Assembly: GCF_030144855.1 (NCBI RefSeq)
Contig: NC_082722.1
Location: forward strand, 38,254,001-38,318,000
Source: Hypanus sabinus
Lineage: Eukaryota
DNA length: 64,000 nt
Direction: 5' to 3'
The position numbers and the translations under genes are program-made. This document shows, piece after piece, positions 1 through 11,280 of the stretch. Position 1 is the first letter of the stretch; every line of letters begins with the position of its first letter. The notes below the pieces were generated by a model. It saw nothing but the letters and a program-made list of their open reading frames with translations, did not search any database and was not told the origin of the DNA.

Positions 1-800
1 AGTAATTTGATCCTGGATTTCCTCATTTGCAGACCCCAGTCAGTTCAGATTGGCAACAGCATCTCCTCCACAATCTCTATCAGCACACATGCACCACAAG
101 GCTGTGTGCTTAGGCCCCTGCTCTACTCGTTTTACACTTATGACTGTGTGGCTAAGCACAACTACAATGCCGAATCAAAGGAGGTGATGAATTGGCATAT
201 AGGATGAACATTGAAAATCTGGCTGAGTGGTGTCGTAACAATGACCTCTTACTCAATGTCAGCAAGACTAAGGAGTTGATTATTGACTTCAGGAAAAAGA
301 AACCACATGTTCATGAGCCAGTTCTCATTGGAAGGTCAGAGTTAAAGAGAGTTAGCTATTGTAAATTCCTTGGTATTATTATTTTGGAGGATCTATCCTG
401 GGCCCAGCAAGTAATTGCAATTATGAAGAAAGCATATCAGCACCTCTACTTCCTTAGGAGTTTGTGGAGATTCAGTATGACATCTAAAAACTTGACAGCA
501 TGACAAACTTCTATAGATGTGTAGTCAGAAGGATATTGACCGGTTGTATCATAGCCTGGTATGCAAACACAACTCCCCCAAAGTCCTACAAAAAGTATTG
601 GATATCACTCCGTCCATCACGGGTAAAGCCCTAAAGCCCTCCCAATTATTGAGAGGGCTGTTTCAGGAAACGGTGAAAGACCTTTGCCTTGATACCTCCT
701 TGTGTATCATAAAACACTGTTGCAGGAAAGCAGCAGCCATCATCAGGGACCTCCTCCCCCATTACTGAGGAATGCTGTCTTCTCCTTGTTGCCATCAGCG
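1..800 (+). mobile_element. Rex/Babar LINE reverse-transcriptase fragment (decayed, runs off left edge)
   Basis: [13 protein letters not shown]...APQGCVL.PLLYS.YT.DC (7-207), then WC.NN.L.LNVSKTKELIIDFRK...KFLG.I..DLSW (192-503), ending at FSLLPS (~800). The FADD segment is deleted. Confidence 0.85.
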
Positions 801-2384
801 AGCTGTTCAGGTATCCCTTTAAACTGTGCTACTGCACCACAGCAGTGTCTTGTAAACTTGATTGGCCTGCAAGTACTCAACAGCAGCTTCCTAGAGGAAA
901 CACATGGACTGCAACCTCAACAACATTTCAGTGGAGCCAGACATGGGGAGTAATGTCATTAGACCAGAGGCTGACAGTCTTCTGAGCAAGTCCAATTCGC
1001 AACCAAATTTCCTGACAACCCGAGTTAATCCAGACATCATCACAATTGCACTCCACTCTGAAACAGATCGTTTTCAAGTGTGTTGCACCTCAAATTGGCA
1101 GCATAGTCATGGACTCAGGAAAAGTATACAGAGCATCACCAAATCAAAGAAAACACAGCAGAATCTGTCAACCAGATTTTTTTTAGCACAATCAAGTATT
1201 TCCAAGCTCATCATTAGTGGTAACATTTGTTTCAGCTGCCACGAACTGTTGTCTGATCATAGTCCAAACTGGTCCAAAACCTGTACCAATCAGATCATCG
1301 TGGGCTTGGACAATAGTCCAGACTCTGCTCTTTGTTTGTGACTGTTTGCGTTTTTATTTTCCAAGTGCAGAAAATTGAAAAACCTGATGGTAAAAACATG
1401 AGACTGTGCAAGCTCCTTCTCCAAACTAGGAATCAAGCCACAAATCTTTACATCATATCTAAAAACATTTTCAATAAAAGAACTAAAATCACATTAAAAT
1501 ATGAACAAATAGTTAATAATCTTTTAAAAAGTAGAATAACTTCCCTGTAGTTCTTTTTCTCTGCAGGGTGGTTGGCACATTGAATTAAATGGGGCAGCAA
1601 ATATAATGTGGAGATGATGGAATGAAGCATATCTGTCCCTTGCCATATGTCACTGCTTCATTACTGGTTGTCATGGTGAATCCTGCAGTGAAGTGGGAGA
1701 CCAGAGTACACTGGTACCTGACATGGGTTTGAGATGGCTGTTAGCAGATGACTCCCTTCAAATCTTTTCTTTATGATTCAGCTTGGTTAAGCACAAGTTC
1801 TAGGTTGCTTTTCTTTGAATTTTTTTATATTGCTGTTGATGAGAAAATGCAGTAGGTGACTTTGAAGGGTACTGGATAAGACCGACTTATGTGACTTATT
1901 GACAAAGTTAAAACATCAAGTTAGGGCAAGTGCGGCATCACAGAAAGAATACATATAGAAACACAAGACTGTGGCAAATAGATGTTTTTTTAGACAGAGG
2001 CAAATACGTTGTGCTATCCTTACAATTATTGTTTTCTTTCTGTATAAATGATCTGGCTCGGATATAAAGGCCACTGTACTAACATCTGTCAATCACACAA
2101 AAATATAGTAACTGTAAAATGTCCTTCAAATAACCTTAATTAGATAAGGGAATGGAATGGATTAAGGTCAACAAAACTTAATACTGAGAAACAGAAAATG
2201 ATGTGTTTTAAGAATTAAAAAATAAGAGTTAGAGTGAAGCAGGGAATCAAATAAACTATTTTTAAATGGAACAATAACTAATAACCAGGGATCTTCATCA
2301 GAACTGGAAAAGAGGAAATTAAGGAAGTTTTAGGGAGCAGAGAAGGTGGGGGACTGGATGGGTAACTTCTTTATCTGTCTAAAG

Positions 2385-2464
2385 CAGGGGTTCCCAACCT
2401 GGAATCCATGGACCCCTTGCTTAATTGTATTGGTCCATGGCATAAAACAGGTTGGGAACCCCTG
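2385..2464. mobile_element. 80-bp hAT (Charlie-like) MITE
   Basis: Perfect 17-bp TIRs CAGGGGTTCCCAACCTG (2385-2401 / 2448-2464) and perfect 8-bp TSD GTCTAAAG (2377-2384 / 2465-2472). Confidence 0.93.
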
Positions 2465-3019
2465 GTCTAAAGTGTTGCTAATGGTAAGGCTGTGGACTAT
2501 GCCCAGCAGGTCAGACTATGTAAAACAAAGGAAAATTAGTAGGGAAATTTATCAAGGCACAAACAAAAAAAAAGTAGAATTCTAACTTATAGAATTTGTT
2601 ATGGAATCCTATTTGACTGCATCTAAACATAAATTGTGACCTGCTCATTCAACATCATTATTCTTACTGTCTTTTGGCAATTCCTTACACTGTAAAATAG
2701 CAGCTTCACCCTGAGTTTAAATCCTTTTACATTTATATTCTTACATCATCTCTCCTGAATCCTCCATCTTTCTGACTTCAGTATCTTCCTTCATTCCAAA
2801 TTCTTTCAGTATACAGTACCAACGATTCCCCCTGGTGCCTAGACCCACACTGGTCACTATATTCTTCTCCTTGTGAGAATCATATTCTAAAATCATTATC
2901 ACACAAAGGGCCATTCAGCTGATCGTAGTTGTTCAGATTCTTCTTAAAATCCCTTTCATTGACCAAACATTTGCCCACATTCTCTGATTACCTCTTCCTT
3001 AATTTGGCATATAACATTT

Positions 3020-3155
3020 AACCATATAACAATTACAGCATGGAAACAGGCCATCTCGGCCCTTCTAGTCCGTGCCGACGTGGCACCTAGTCCCACTGAC
3101 CCGCACTCAGCCCATAACCCTCCATCCTTTCCTATCCATATACCTATCCAATTTT
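3020..3155 (-). mobile_element. CR1-type LINE/SINE 3' end fragment
   Basis: Minus strand reads ...GGCCTGTTTCCATGCTGTAATTGTTATATGG, the same 3' terminus as the CR1 copy ending at 16224. Confidence 0.65.
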
Positions 3156-5485
3156 GCATCAATAATCATTTTTCGCTGTGAAGTACCTGCCTACCTTAAA
3201 GATGCTGTATCAATGCAGATGTTTTTTGTTGAGTAAACTACAAACCCCCCCCCCCCCCCGATGATTGAATGTCCACTGCACTAAAGGGGGAAATTTTTTC
3301 TTCAAATCTCAGAGCTTGCTTGAGGCTGATTACTTAACGTTTTGTTTTCTTTAGTTTCTCCACCATCCTGTTATCAACAATCTATTTTCCCACGGTCCTT
3401 TTAATCCTTTTATGTAAATTTTAAATATTCTCTTCCACTTTTAAAGGACTTCTAACCCCTAAGCCATCTAAATCACTTTGCCTTTTTAAATCTTTTCTCA
3501 CACTACAGGTTGGTTGCAGTGTTCCGAACTCACTGTGTTACTCCCATATTATATTTTTTAAAATGTACTTTCAGTTTAATTTTCAATTCCTGCGCCCCAA
3601 TGAGCTCTGTTCATAGATTACAATTTTGACTATTCCCTGTCATTGAATAAACCCAGATATTTAAAGATGAGTTGTCGTTGCGTACGTTTGATGCCTTTGT
3701 CCTGCAGTATTTATATTGAGAAAAGAAAGAGAGGAAGTAGATCAAAGATCTCTTTCTGGAGAGAAACAGTAACACCAAGGAAGGCAGGCTTAAATCTGGT
3801 CTCCGATTGTGTTGGGTCAGAAGCAACAGGTACAAAAAGTGATGGTTTGCTCTCTCTGAAACAAACAAGACTGTGAAGTTGTCAATATAGCATAATTTAT
3901 TTATAATAAAATCTATTATTATGACAGCAGGGGAACAAGCTTTTAATGGTAAGTAAGCTTTCTTCAAGGACCAAAGCTTCAAAGCAATAGATCATATCTT
4001 TATCTTATTATATGTTTCCCCATGAAGTAAAACCTCAGTAAATGCAGCAAGTGACAGCACAATGCAGCAGTGACAGCAGGGGGGCAAGCAGAACGATCTG
4101 GCCTGTGCGCGTGCGTTGGCAGCAGCAAGTTAACTGCACTCCACAGGTTGTCATCTGTTGGGACACAGACACATAATACTGCTACAAGTCAGGTGCTGAG
4201 CAGTGACATCAAGGCACACCCTACTCCTTGTAATGAGCTGTGAAAAATATCACTTTCTCGATAATATGAACCATTACTTTTGTGAAACAAAGCAAAAAAA
4301 TTCCATTTTGTCCACAATGGACAAAAAAGTTCATTAATTAATTATTAGTAAAGATAAAAAACAGTGTAGATGGTCAGTGTATCTACAAGCTGTTATAGAG
4401 GGTTTATAAAAGAACATTAAAACTTCCACCATTTATGACATGAGTTCTTATGAGTAGTTAAAAAAAGTTGCTTTGAATAATTTATTCAGATTTTGTATTA
4501 CCTTTTTTGATGATGGACTATCATCCATGGCTACACTCAGACATGGGCAGGGACTCAAGCCAGACAAAATACCCCTAGTTGCTTGTCACACAGCATGAAT
4601 TAAACTCAACGGAACTGAATACCCAGCCGTATTTATTGGGTCCAGCTGGATATTCAACATTGTTCCTGACTTCTGCTCAAACTATTTCTTTCGTGGGACT
4701 ACTAAATCATTAATTTTTATGTATTCTGCAGTCTTTGCTTCCTCCTGAGTTTTTCAAAATTTATTCCTAGATTTGGTATCTTCGGTTGTTTCTGTTGCAT
4801 ATCATTTTCTTAACCTTAATAGTTCTGTGCTACAGAATGGCTCAAATTAAAAAAATCCTTCACTTAATCTCAAACAGCACCTGTTAATACAGCAATCCAA
4901 ATTTCACAGCTGCCATTTGCAGCAATTGTTTGTGTGGGATTTCACTTCAGCCTCATTTAGTCTCAGCTTTGTGCTGTGTAGTTCCACTGAATAACTGGTA
5001 AATTGAGTGGAGAGCAGAAGTTAGTCCAGAGAATTTATTATTACAAATAGGCTCATCAAAATTAGATGTCAGATCATATCTCTGACGATAGGTATTTGGT
5101 CTTTAGTTGGTTTTTTTTTTGTGTGCATATTGCTGTAAACTGAGAGCTAGAACTACTTCTAATGTAGGAGACATAAGATCAGTAGCTTAAACTTTATTAG
5201 AGCTCTGTTTAACCACAGTAACCAGCCACTTCACAATGACCATAGAGTGTTTTGTTCGAAGGTCTGTTACTGACTGGTTCAAGGTTGTATTTGTTTCTTG
5301 TTGATAGATCTTGCATGAACAGCAGCCTTTCCTTCCTGCACTTCACTATGGCGAAGTGTGCAAAGGAAACCGAGCAGGGAGTTGCAGAAGGTATGTAAGG
5401 ACAGGAGGGAAAGTCAGGGATTGGTAGGGGCTTAGAGCTGATTGACAGGTAGAGGAGTCGGGACAAATATTGCAGGGGAAGCTAC

Positions 5486-6020
5486 ATGACAACATAAAAT
5501 AGCAGCAGGAGAGGCTGTATGGTCCCGCAAAGCGTCCCCTCCTTTTATATGGCTGATCTGCCCCAGGACTCGTCTTTTCTGCTACATCAGCTTCTCGTGG
5601 CCCTCAGTTCCCTAATTTTTTTCAAAATATTTTCTACTGATCTTTAAGTACCCATCAATGATCTAGATTCCACAATCCTCCAAGGCAGAGAATTCCAAAT
5701 TCTGTGAAAAGCATTCCTATGTACCTTGGTTCTAAGTCACCATCCCCTTATTCAAGATTCCAGCAAAGGAAACGTCTCCCTGTCAACTCTATCTTAAATA
5801 TTTCATTTGGTTCATTTCACATTCCTCTACTCTGCAAAGAATATGAATCTATTTTATTTTAGCTGCGGATGATGGAGCAAACCTCTCACCACAGGAATTA
5901 GTCTTGTAAAACTTTTTGGACTGTGCTCAATGCCCGAATATCCTTTCCGGTATAATGGCACTAAAACTATACAGATGACTTCAAGTATGGCCTCACCAAT
6001 ACCTTGTACCCTTGTATTAG
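5486..6020 (-). mobile_element. Old CR1 LINE 3' fragment
   Basis: Degenerate similarity to the CR1 3' regions at 42131-42750 and 63152-63800 (e.g. GGCCTCACCAATACCTTGTAC, GGCAGAGAATTCCA). Confidence 0.5.
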
Positions 6021-7089
6021 TACTTTGTAATTTCTAAACACCAACCAGTGTGCTCATTGTCTTCATTACCAATTGGGATGAAAGAAAGTTGGAACAGTCT
6101 TGAATAATATACCAGTAAAACGGTGGCTGAATCTTTCAGAGAAATGGACTATCAAGTCAAGGCTCCTAATGCTTCTATCATATATAAAGAAACCATCTTT
6201 TTGATGATCAAACATCTTTGTCATCAAACTGACCTCCAGACAGCCTACATGCCATTAGACCAGATGCCAGTTAACCTCCTTATTCTGAACTGTAGATGCA
6301 AAGATAACTAGCAGGCTGGGGTCTATAGGCTTTGAGTCTTTGGGTAACATTGATTTGGGTGGAGCATCTACTGAATAATCTGATTCCCCTTTCTAGTCCT
6401 CCAGTGTTTACAGACCAAGCAGTACCTCATAAAGTGTTTATTACTCATCATCCAAGCTTTGGAGAGTTAAGTTCCTGCAATGACTGTAAGTTAGCAAGAA
6501 AAATGAGAAAAATATCTAAAATTAAAATTAATAGTCCCAGGTTGGCAAAGAAACAAATCAGCAAGAAAACTATCCTTGGTGGTCAGAATTCCCCACATGA
6601 CACAAAACAAGTATTCCACTACCAAAAGAAAACATTTTGAAAATGCAGGCACTGAAATTGGAATGGTGCTTTCATTCTTTTTCTCTAGAGCAATATTAGT
6701 TTTCAAGAACACTTTGGAAGATATAGACTAGGGTAGATCTATTTCTCATTTGCATTGTTCCTAGTATTTTAATGTACGCTATTGAAAACAGTCAAGCCAA
6801 TTCTAACTGTAGGGGAAAACCCAGTTTGTACCATCCTAACAGGCAGGATTACGGAGCTGACAAAAAACTTCCATGTCCGATTACAAATTTCGCCATTGTG
6901 ATCCAAATGTCCGGTTTAAGATGGCACTGGTAAAGCTCAGTGACTTCTTATCGGCAGCAAATAAAACAAAGAAAATAACTAAATACTTTATTAATAACCC
7001 CTTTTTCTGATAAACAATCATCACAAACAACAGCCTGAAACTTTTTTTTACGATTTGATCTTTTGAGCCTCCTTTATGACCTGACATTT

Positions 7090-7612
7090 TTGCGGTGTGA
7101 ATTGAAGCCTTGAAGCTGCAGTATGGTTGCGCCATGATGGGCCGAATTGAGGTGGTGGAGAATGAGGAATGAACCAATGTACAGCTATTTCTGGAGTGGA
7201 CGATTTGGTTCAGCAGAACTGAGGCAAAGCAAGGCAGAGTCGAGGAGAACCCCGGACCCAAGAGTGAATGACCTGATGTTTGAACAATTTAGGTGCAGGG
7301 CCAGATTGAAAAGGTGAAAGTGTCAAGGCCAGAGGCAAAGAATGGGCCAGTTCACCCCCTGAAGCAGCTGCAGTGATGCCTGGCTTTGTGACTGTGATCA
7401 GACTTACTTTCATAGCGTTCAATTCTGAATGTTATATACTTACTTTTATTGTTTGCATGATTTGTTTTTTTTTCTCTCCACACATGAGTTGTTTGATGGT
7501 TTTTTTAATGGTTTCTATTGGGGTTTGTTGTTTTATGGCTACCTGTAAGGAGACAAATCCCAAGGTTGTATGGAGTAAACATATTTGATAGTAAATGTGC
7601 TTTCGACTTTGA
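7090..7612 (+). mobile_element. Non-autonomous non-LTR element with CTTTGA-type tail (family shared with 29200-30043)
   Basis: 3' end CAAATCCCAAGGTTGTAT...GATAGTAAATGTGCTTTCGACTTTGA matches the 3' end of 29200-30043. The 5' boundary is approximate. Confidence 0.5.
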
Positions 7613-7726
7613 AATAAGTTCAGAGAAACTTTTCTGCAGTTCATTTGCTTTGATATCAAGCTCCCATTACTGAAGTGAAATTTAAATATGATGAACAATT
7701 AAAAAAACTAAGATGCTAGAAACTTG

Positions 7727-8581
7727 TGTAACCATCTCACCAGGCTCGTTTGCAAAGTTGGCACGATAGCTGACTTGACTAATGGTCATGGGACTCAGCG
7801 ATGAGAAGGCCATCTTTATAAGCAATACACGTCTAGTCTAGGGTCAGTATGATTGGGGGTTCAACCAAACAGGAAAGCTGGGATGTTCTGAATTAGAGAA
7901 GCTCAATTGAGTGAATGCTGTGTAAATACTGCCCATACGCGTTTATCGTCGGCAAGAAATTACAGCTCGTACACTGCATAAAATTATTAAGAAAGTATAT
8001 TTGCCAATTTCAGCTTTATCAATCAGTTAATAGGAAAAAGGAAAGAAAAGCAAGGAGCCTAGTACAGTTAAACCAGGCCAATGTGCACATAACTGTTGGC
8101 GCTCATACTGGAGTATTCAGGGTTTATCTCCTACTCATGCTTTGGACCCACGGTCTGCATGAAAACACCCACCACATGTTGAAGTTCCCCTTGAAGACCA
8201 TCTCAGGCAAACAGGCTTCCTCGCTTAGGAGTAATGCCCTTCTTCCTTGGAAACATCCTTCAGCACAAAGCTTTTCTTGCAATGGGCACTCTCCATCCAA
8301 TAGCATTCTTTGGTATCTTCCCTTCTGTCCCACTTCATAGTTCTCACAAAAGGACCCCAAACCAGACTACTGCCCTTCAGAAAATTCCCTGAACCATGTT
8401 TCCTCTAGGACCTTTCTCAAGATCCCACCATCCTGATTGGTTAACACAATATTCTTAAGTTGAACGACAGGCTTCTTATCTTTAACCAAAACCAAAACAT
8501 TCTTCCAGCAGAACACAGAGATTTTGCAGAAAACTGCTAAAATGAAAGCTTTGCAATATATATTTTAACCAGGGCATTACA
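7727..8581 (-). repeat. 3' LTR of the PNMA-gag Gypsy element
   Basis: TG...CA termini, direct repeat of 10319-11144, abutted on the minus strand by the purine tract GGGACGGGGGAGGAAGAG. Confidence 0.9.
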
Positions 8582-9720
8582 CTCTTCCTCCCCCGTCCCA
8601 AAAAAAAAATAGTTATGACCTGATAGAATATGGAACTTATTAATGATTATTAATAACACAGTATTCAAATGAATTTCATGGTTTTAGGACCACCAATTCA
8701 TTTGTAACTCTAAGTAGCATATCTTCTCATGGGAATGGACATAACACCTCGTTTTCCCAGGTGCATCCTATGCCAGTCTAGTAGGAGTTTCCTGACTCTG
8801 TGAGACCGCCTTATCTCATCTTCAGCTTCTTCAGTTTCAGCCACTCCTTTTGACCTTTCCTGCCTACAAGTGGATGCTTCCCCCTGTCTACCATTCATTC
8901 ATTCTGGTGGCTCAGACCTGTCCATGACAGGACTCAGCTTCGTTCAGTTGAAGCAGGTGCTGCTGAACATCTTCAGCCTCCGCTGATGGTAACCAACAAG
9001 ATCTCTCTGGGAAAATGTGTCCTCAGTCACTCTAACAGTGTGGCAAGTACCTTTGGAGCAGCCATCATCAGACTCGTCAGTAGAAAAGACATCTTTGCAT
9101 TCCAACATCTTCTCAGTTAATCTCTTTTTCTATTCCTCAGTTATTGGTGAGTCACCAAAGTTGCATGACTTCGATGTCAACTTCCTCAACCTAGGAGACT
9201 TTTCCTCCCCCACTTCCCCCAGACATCCAGGTAATACCGTAACAGGAGAAAGAGAGCAATCAGCATCCCACATAACATCACTTCCTGAGGTGTTCCTAAC
9301 AATCACACTCATCCTCTTTGTGTAGACAGTCAGAGGTCAGCGGGTCAAGTCCCACTAGCATGACTCTTCTTCCTGATCATCAGGGGCATCCACCTGGACA
9401 GCTGGGGTGTTGGGCAGATTTGGGGGTTGCTGTCAATCCAGTTAGTCCTCCGCGATGTAACATGACAGGTTTAGACTGGGTGTGCCACACGGTTCCTCGT
9501 TTCTGTTCATCATCCTGCTGAGGTGGAACTTGCACCTTCTAGAAGGCAGCTCTGGACACAGGGTGAATGGAGAAGGGTTTTCAAAAAGTTCTCCCCATTT
9601 CTCTCCTTGCATGCTCCCATTAGCCTTCTCACAATGGAAATATTTGTCCCCACAAGATTGGAAGCTCCATCCTTTTCAATTGCATCTGGGCAAACCAACA
9701 CTGGTGAGTCAATAGTCTCA

Positions 9721-10195
9721 GTTATTCTGCTCTGCCAAAACCTCATGTACTTTTTCTCCGTTAGGTGGGGGCTTGACTCCAGAGAACACTCCCAGCCTAC
9801 AATAACTTGGCATTTATCAACCAGTGATGTAATAGCCAACATTAGCTCAGAATTCCTCTCAACCCTAGAGGACCCATCGAACTTGTCACATCAGACAACT
9901 CCTTTTCCTGACTTCGCTAAAAATATGGACAGCCCATGGCCCTATCTCTCCAGGGTTTCCTAACATATCGAGCAGCGCAACTTCAGTTACATCACTGCTA
10001 GTCTTGATTAACACGATATTCTTACCAGCTGATTAGTCAAAACACCATTCAATCAGCGTAACTTTCCCAACACTTTTACAGAACTCAACACTCTGAGTAA
10101 CAGTTCATTGAGACTTTGAACATCCACCGAACACAATCATTATTTGTGGATAATCTCTTTGAATTGCACCAAACCTTAATCCCGGCAGCATCCAT
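9721..10195 (-). pseudogene. Frameshifted PNMA-like gag N-terminus
   Basis: Manual translation across frameshifts: MDAAGIKVWCNSKRLSTNNDCV / VDVQSLNELLLRVLSSVKVLG / KVTLIEWCFD*SAGKNIVLIKTSSDVTEVALLDMLGNPGEIGPWAVHIF ... SYCRLGVFSGVKPPPNGEKVHEVLAEQ. This follows the PNMA pattern (WC...GSW.V and YRKLRVFSG..P.PGEE.FE.WLEQ). Confidence 0.75.
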
Positions 10196-10295
10196 AATAA
10201 AGTACCCTAATCACTTTCCATGACACTAGTTCAAACACAGGCTTAAGCACACAAACCACTTAATCGATCCAAAAGCAACATTGGAACAGCTCCCA

Positions 10296-10313
10296 ATCCT
10301 GAACGAGCCCCCA
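10296..10313 (-). promoter_or_regulatory. Primer-binding site complementary to tRNA-Pro
   Basis: Minus strand TGGGGGCTCGTTCAGGAT matches 16/18 of the canonical PBS-Pro TGGGGGCTCGTCCGGGAT, 5 nt inside the 5' LTR boundary. Confidence 0.88.
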
Positions 10314-10318
10314 TAAAA

Positions 10319-11144
10319 TGTAACCCTCTCACTAGGCTCACTGGCAAAATTGGCTCGATAGCTAACTGTGCTAATGGCCACAGGACTCAGCAGTGAGAAG
10401 GAAATCTTTATCAACAATATACGGGGTTCAACCAAACAAGAAAGTTCAGATGTTCCGATTAACGGAATCTCGATTTGAGTGAATGCTATGTAAATACAAC
10501 CTATACACAATTATCTGTTGGCACGAAATAACAGTGTTATTAAGACAGTATATTTGCCAATTTCAGCTTTATCAATCAGTAAATAGGAAAAAAATAAAGA
10601 AAAGAAAATGACCCATTACAGTTAAACCAGTCCAATATGCACATTACCATTGGAGAGCATACTCGAATATTCGGGGGTGTATCTCTTACTCATTCTTTGG
10701 ACCCACCGTCAGCATGAAAATACCCACCACATTTTTAAAATCCTCTTGAAAACCATCTCAAGCAAACCGGCTCTCTATGTCTCAGAAGAATTGTCCTTCC
10801 TCCTTGAAGACATTTATTTGCATGAGGCTCTTCTTGCAATAGGGACTCTTCTCTCATTGGCATTCTGTGGTATCTTCCCTTCAGTCTCACTCTGCAGCTC
10901 TCACCAAAAGACCCCAATCCAGACTACTGTTCTTCAGAAAGCTATCTCTGCCCTGCTCTCTCTAGGACCTTCTCCAGATCCCACCATCCCGATTCACTGA
11001 CACAATATTCTGAAGCTGAAACCAGGCTTCTTATCTTTAGCTGACACCCTAACATATTTCCAGCAGGACACACTGCTTTTGCAGAAAACTGCTAAAATGA
11101 AATGCCTACAGCATAGCAGTAGACATCTTAACCAGGGCATTACA
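10319..11144 (-). repeat. 5' LTR of the PNMA-gag Gypsy element
   Basis: Direct repeat of 7727-8581; adjacent to the PBS; followed by TSD CTTG. Confidence 0.9.
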
Positions 11145-11148
11145 CTTG

Positions 11149-11280
11149 AAATAAACAGAGAAAATGTTGGAAACATTCAATGGTCCAATAACACCTGTAG
11201 AAGCAGAGTTAACCTGTTTCCTTCTCCGCAGAGACTACTGGACCTGTTAATTGTTTCCAGTCTTTTCTGCTTGCTTTTAA
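11149..11280. repeat. Old fold-back palindrome derived from the PLE pseudo-LTR 3' segment
   Basis: Imperfect ~65-bp inverted arms centred on GTTAAC (11208-11213). The arms resemble the segment downstream of the ribozyme in the 48696 and 58620 copies. The left arm continues at ~7705-7726 on the other side of the Gypsy insertion. Confidence 0.6.

Larger units (their letters stand above)
7727..11144 (-). mobile_element. Internally deleted Ty3/Gypsy LTR retrotransposon with PNMA-like gag
   Basis: Two diverged LTRs TGTAACC...GGCATTACA (7727-8581 and 10319-11144); 4-bp TSD CTTG (7723-7726 / 11145-11148); tRNA-Pro PBS at 10296-10313; polypurine tract at 8582-8599; gag and pol-tail remnants inside. 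Confidence 0.92.

Noticed and set aside
800-1341. 145-aa ORF (904-1341); an alternative frame gives IVMDSGKVYR, faintly like a Gypsy integrase C-terminus
   Set aside because: No recognisable domain in the ORF, and the integrase resemblance is too weak to call without a profile search.
3643-3982. Overlapping ORFs and a possible exon (CTGCAG|...CAG|GTACAA)
   Set aside because: Weak donor and unrecognised peptide; compatible with chance.
9510-9963. 110-aa and 146-aa ORFs inside the LTR element as novel cargo genes
   Set aside because: They are antisense or partly off-frame readings of the decayed gag region.
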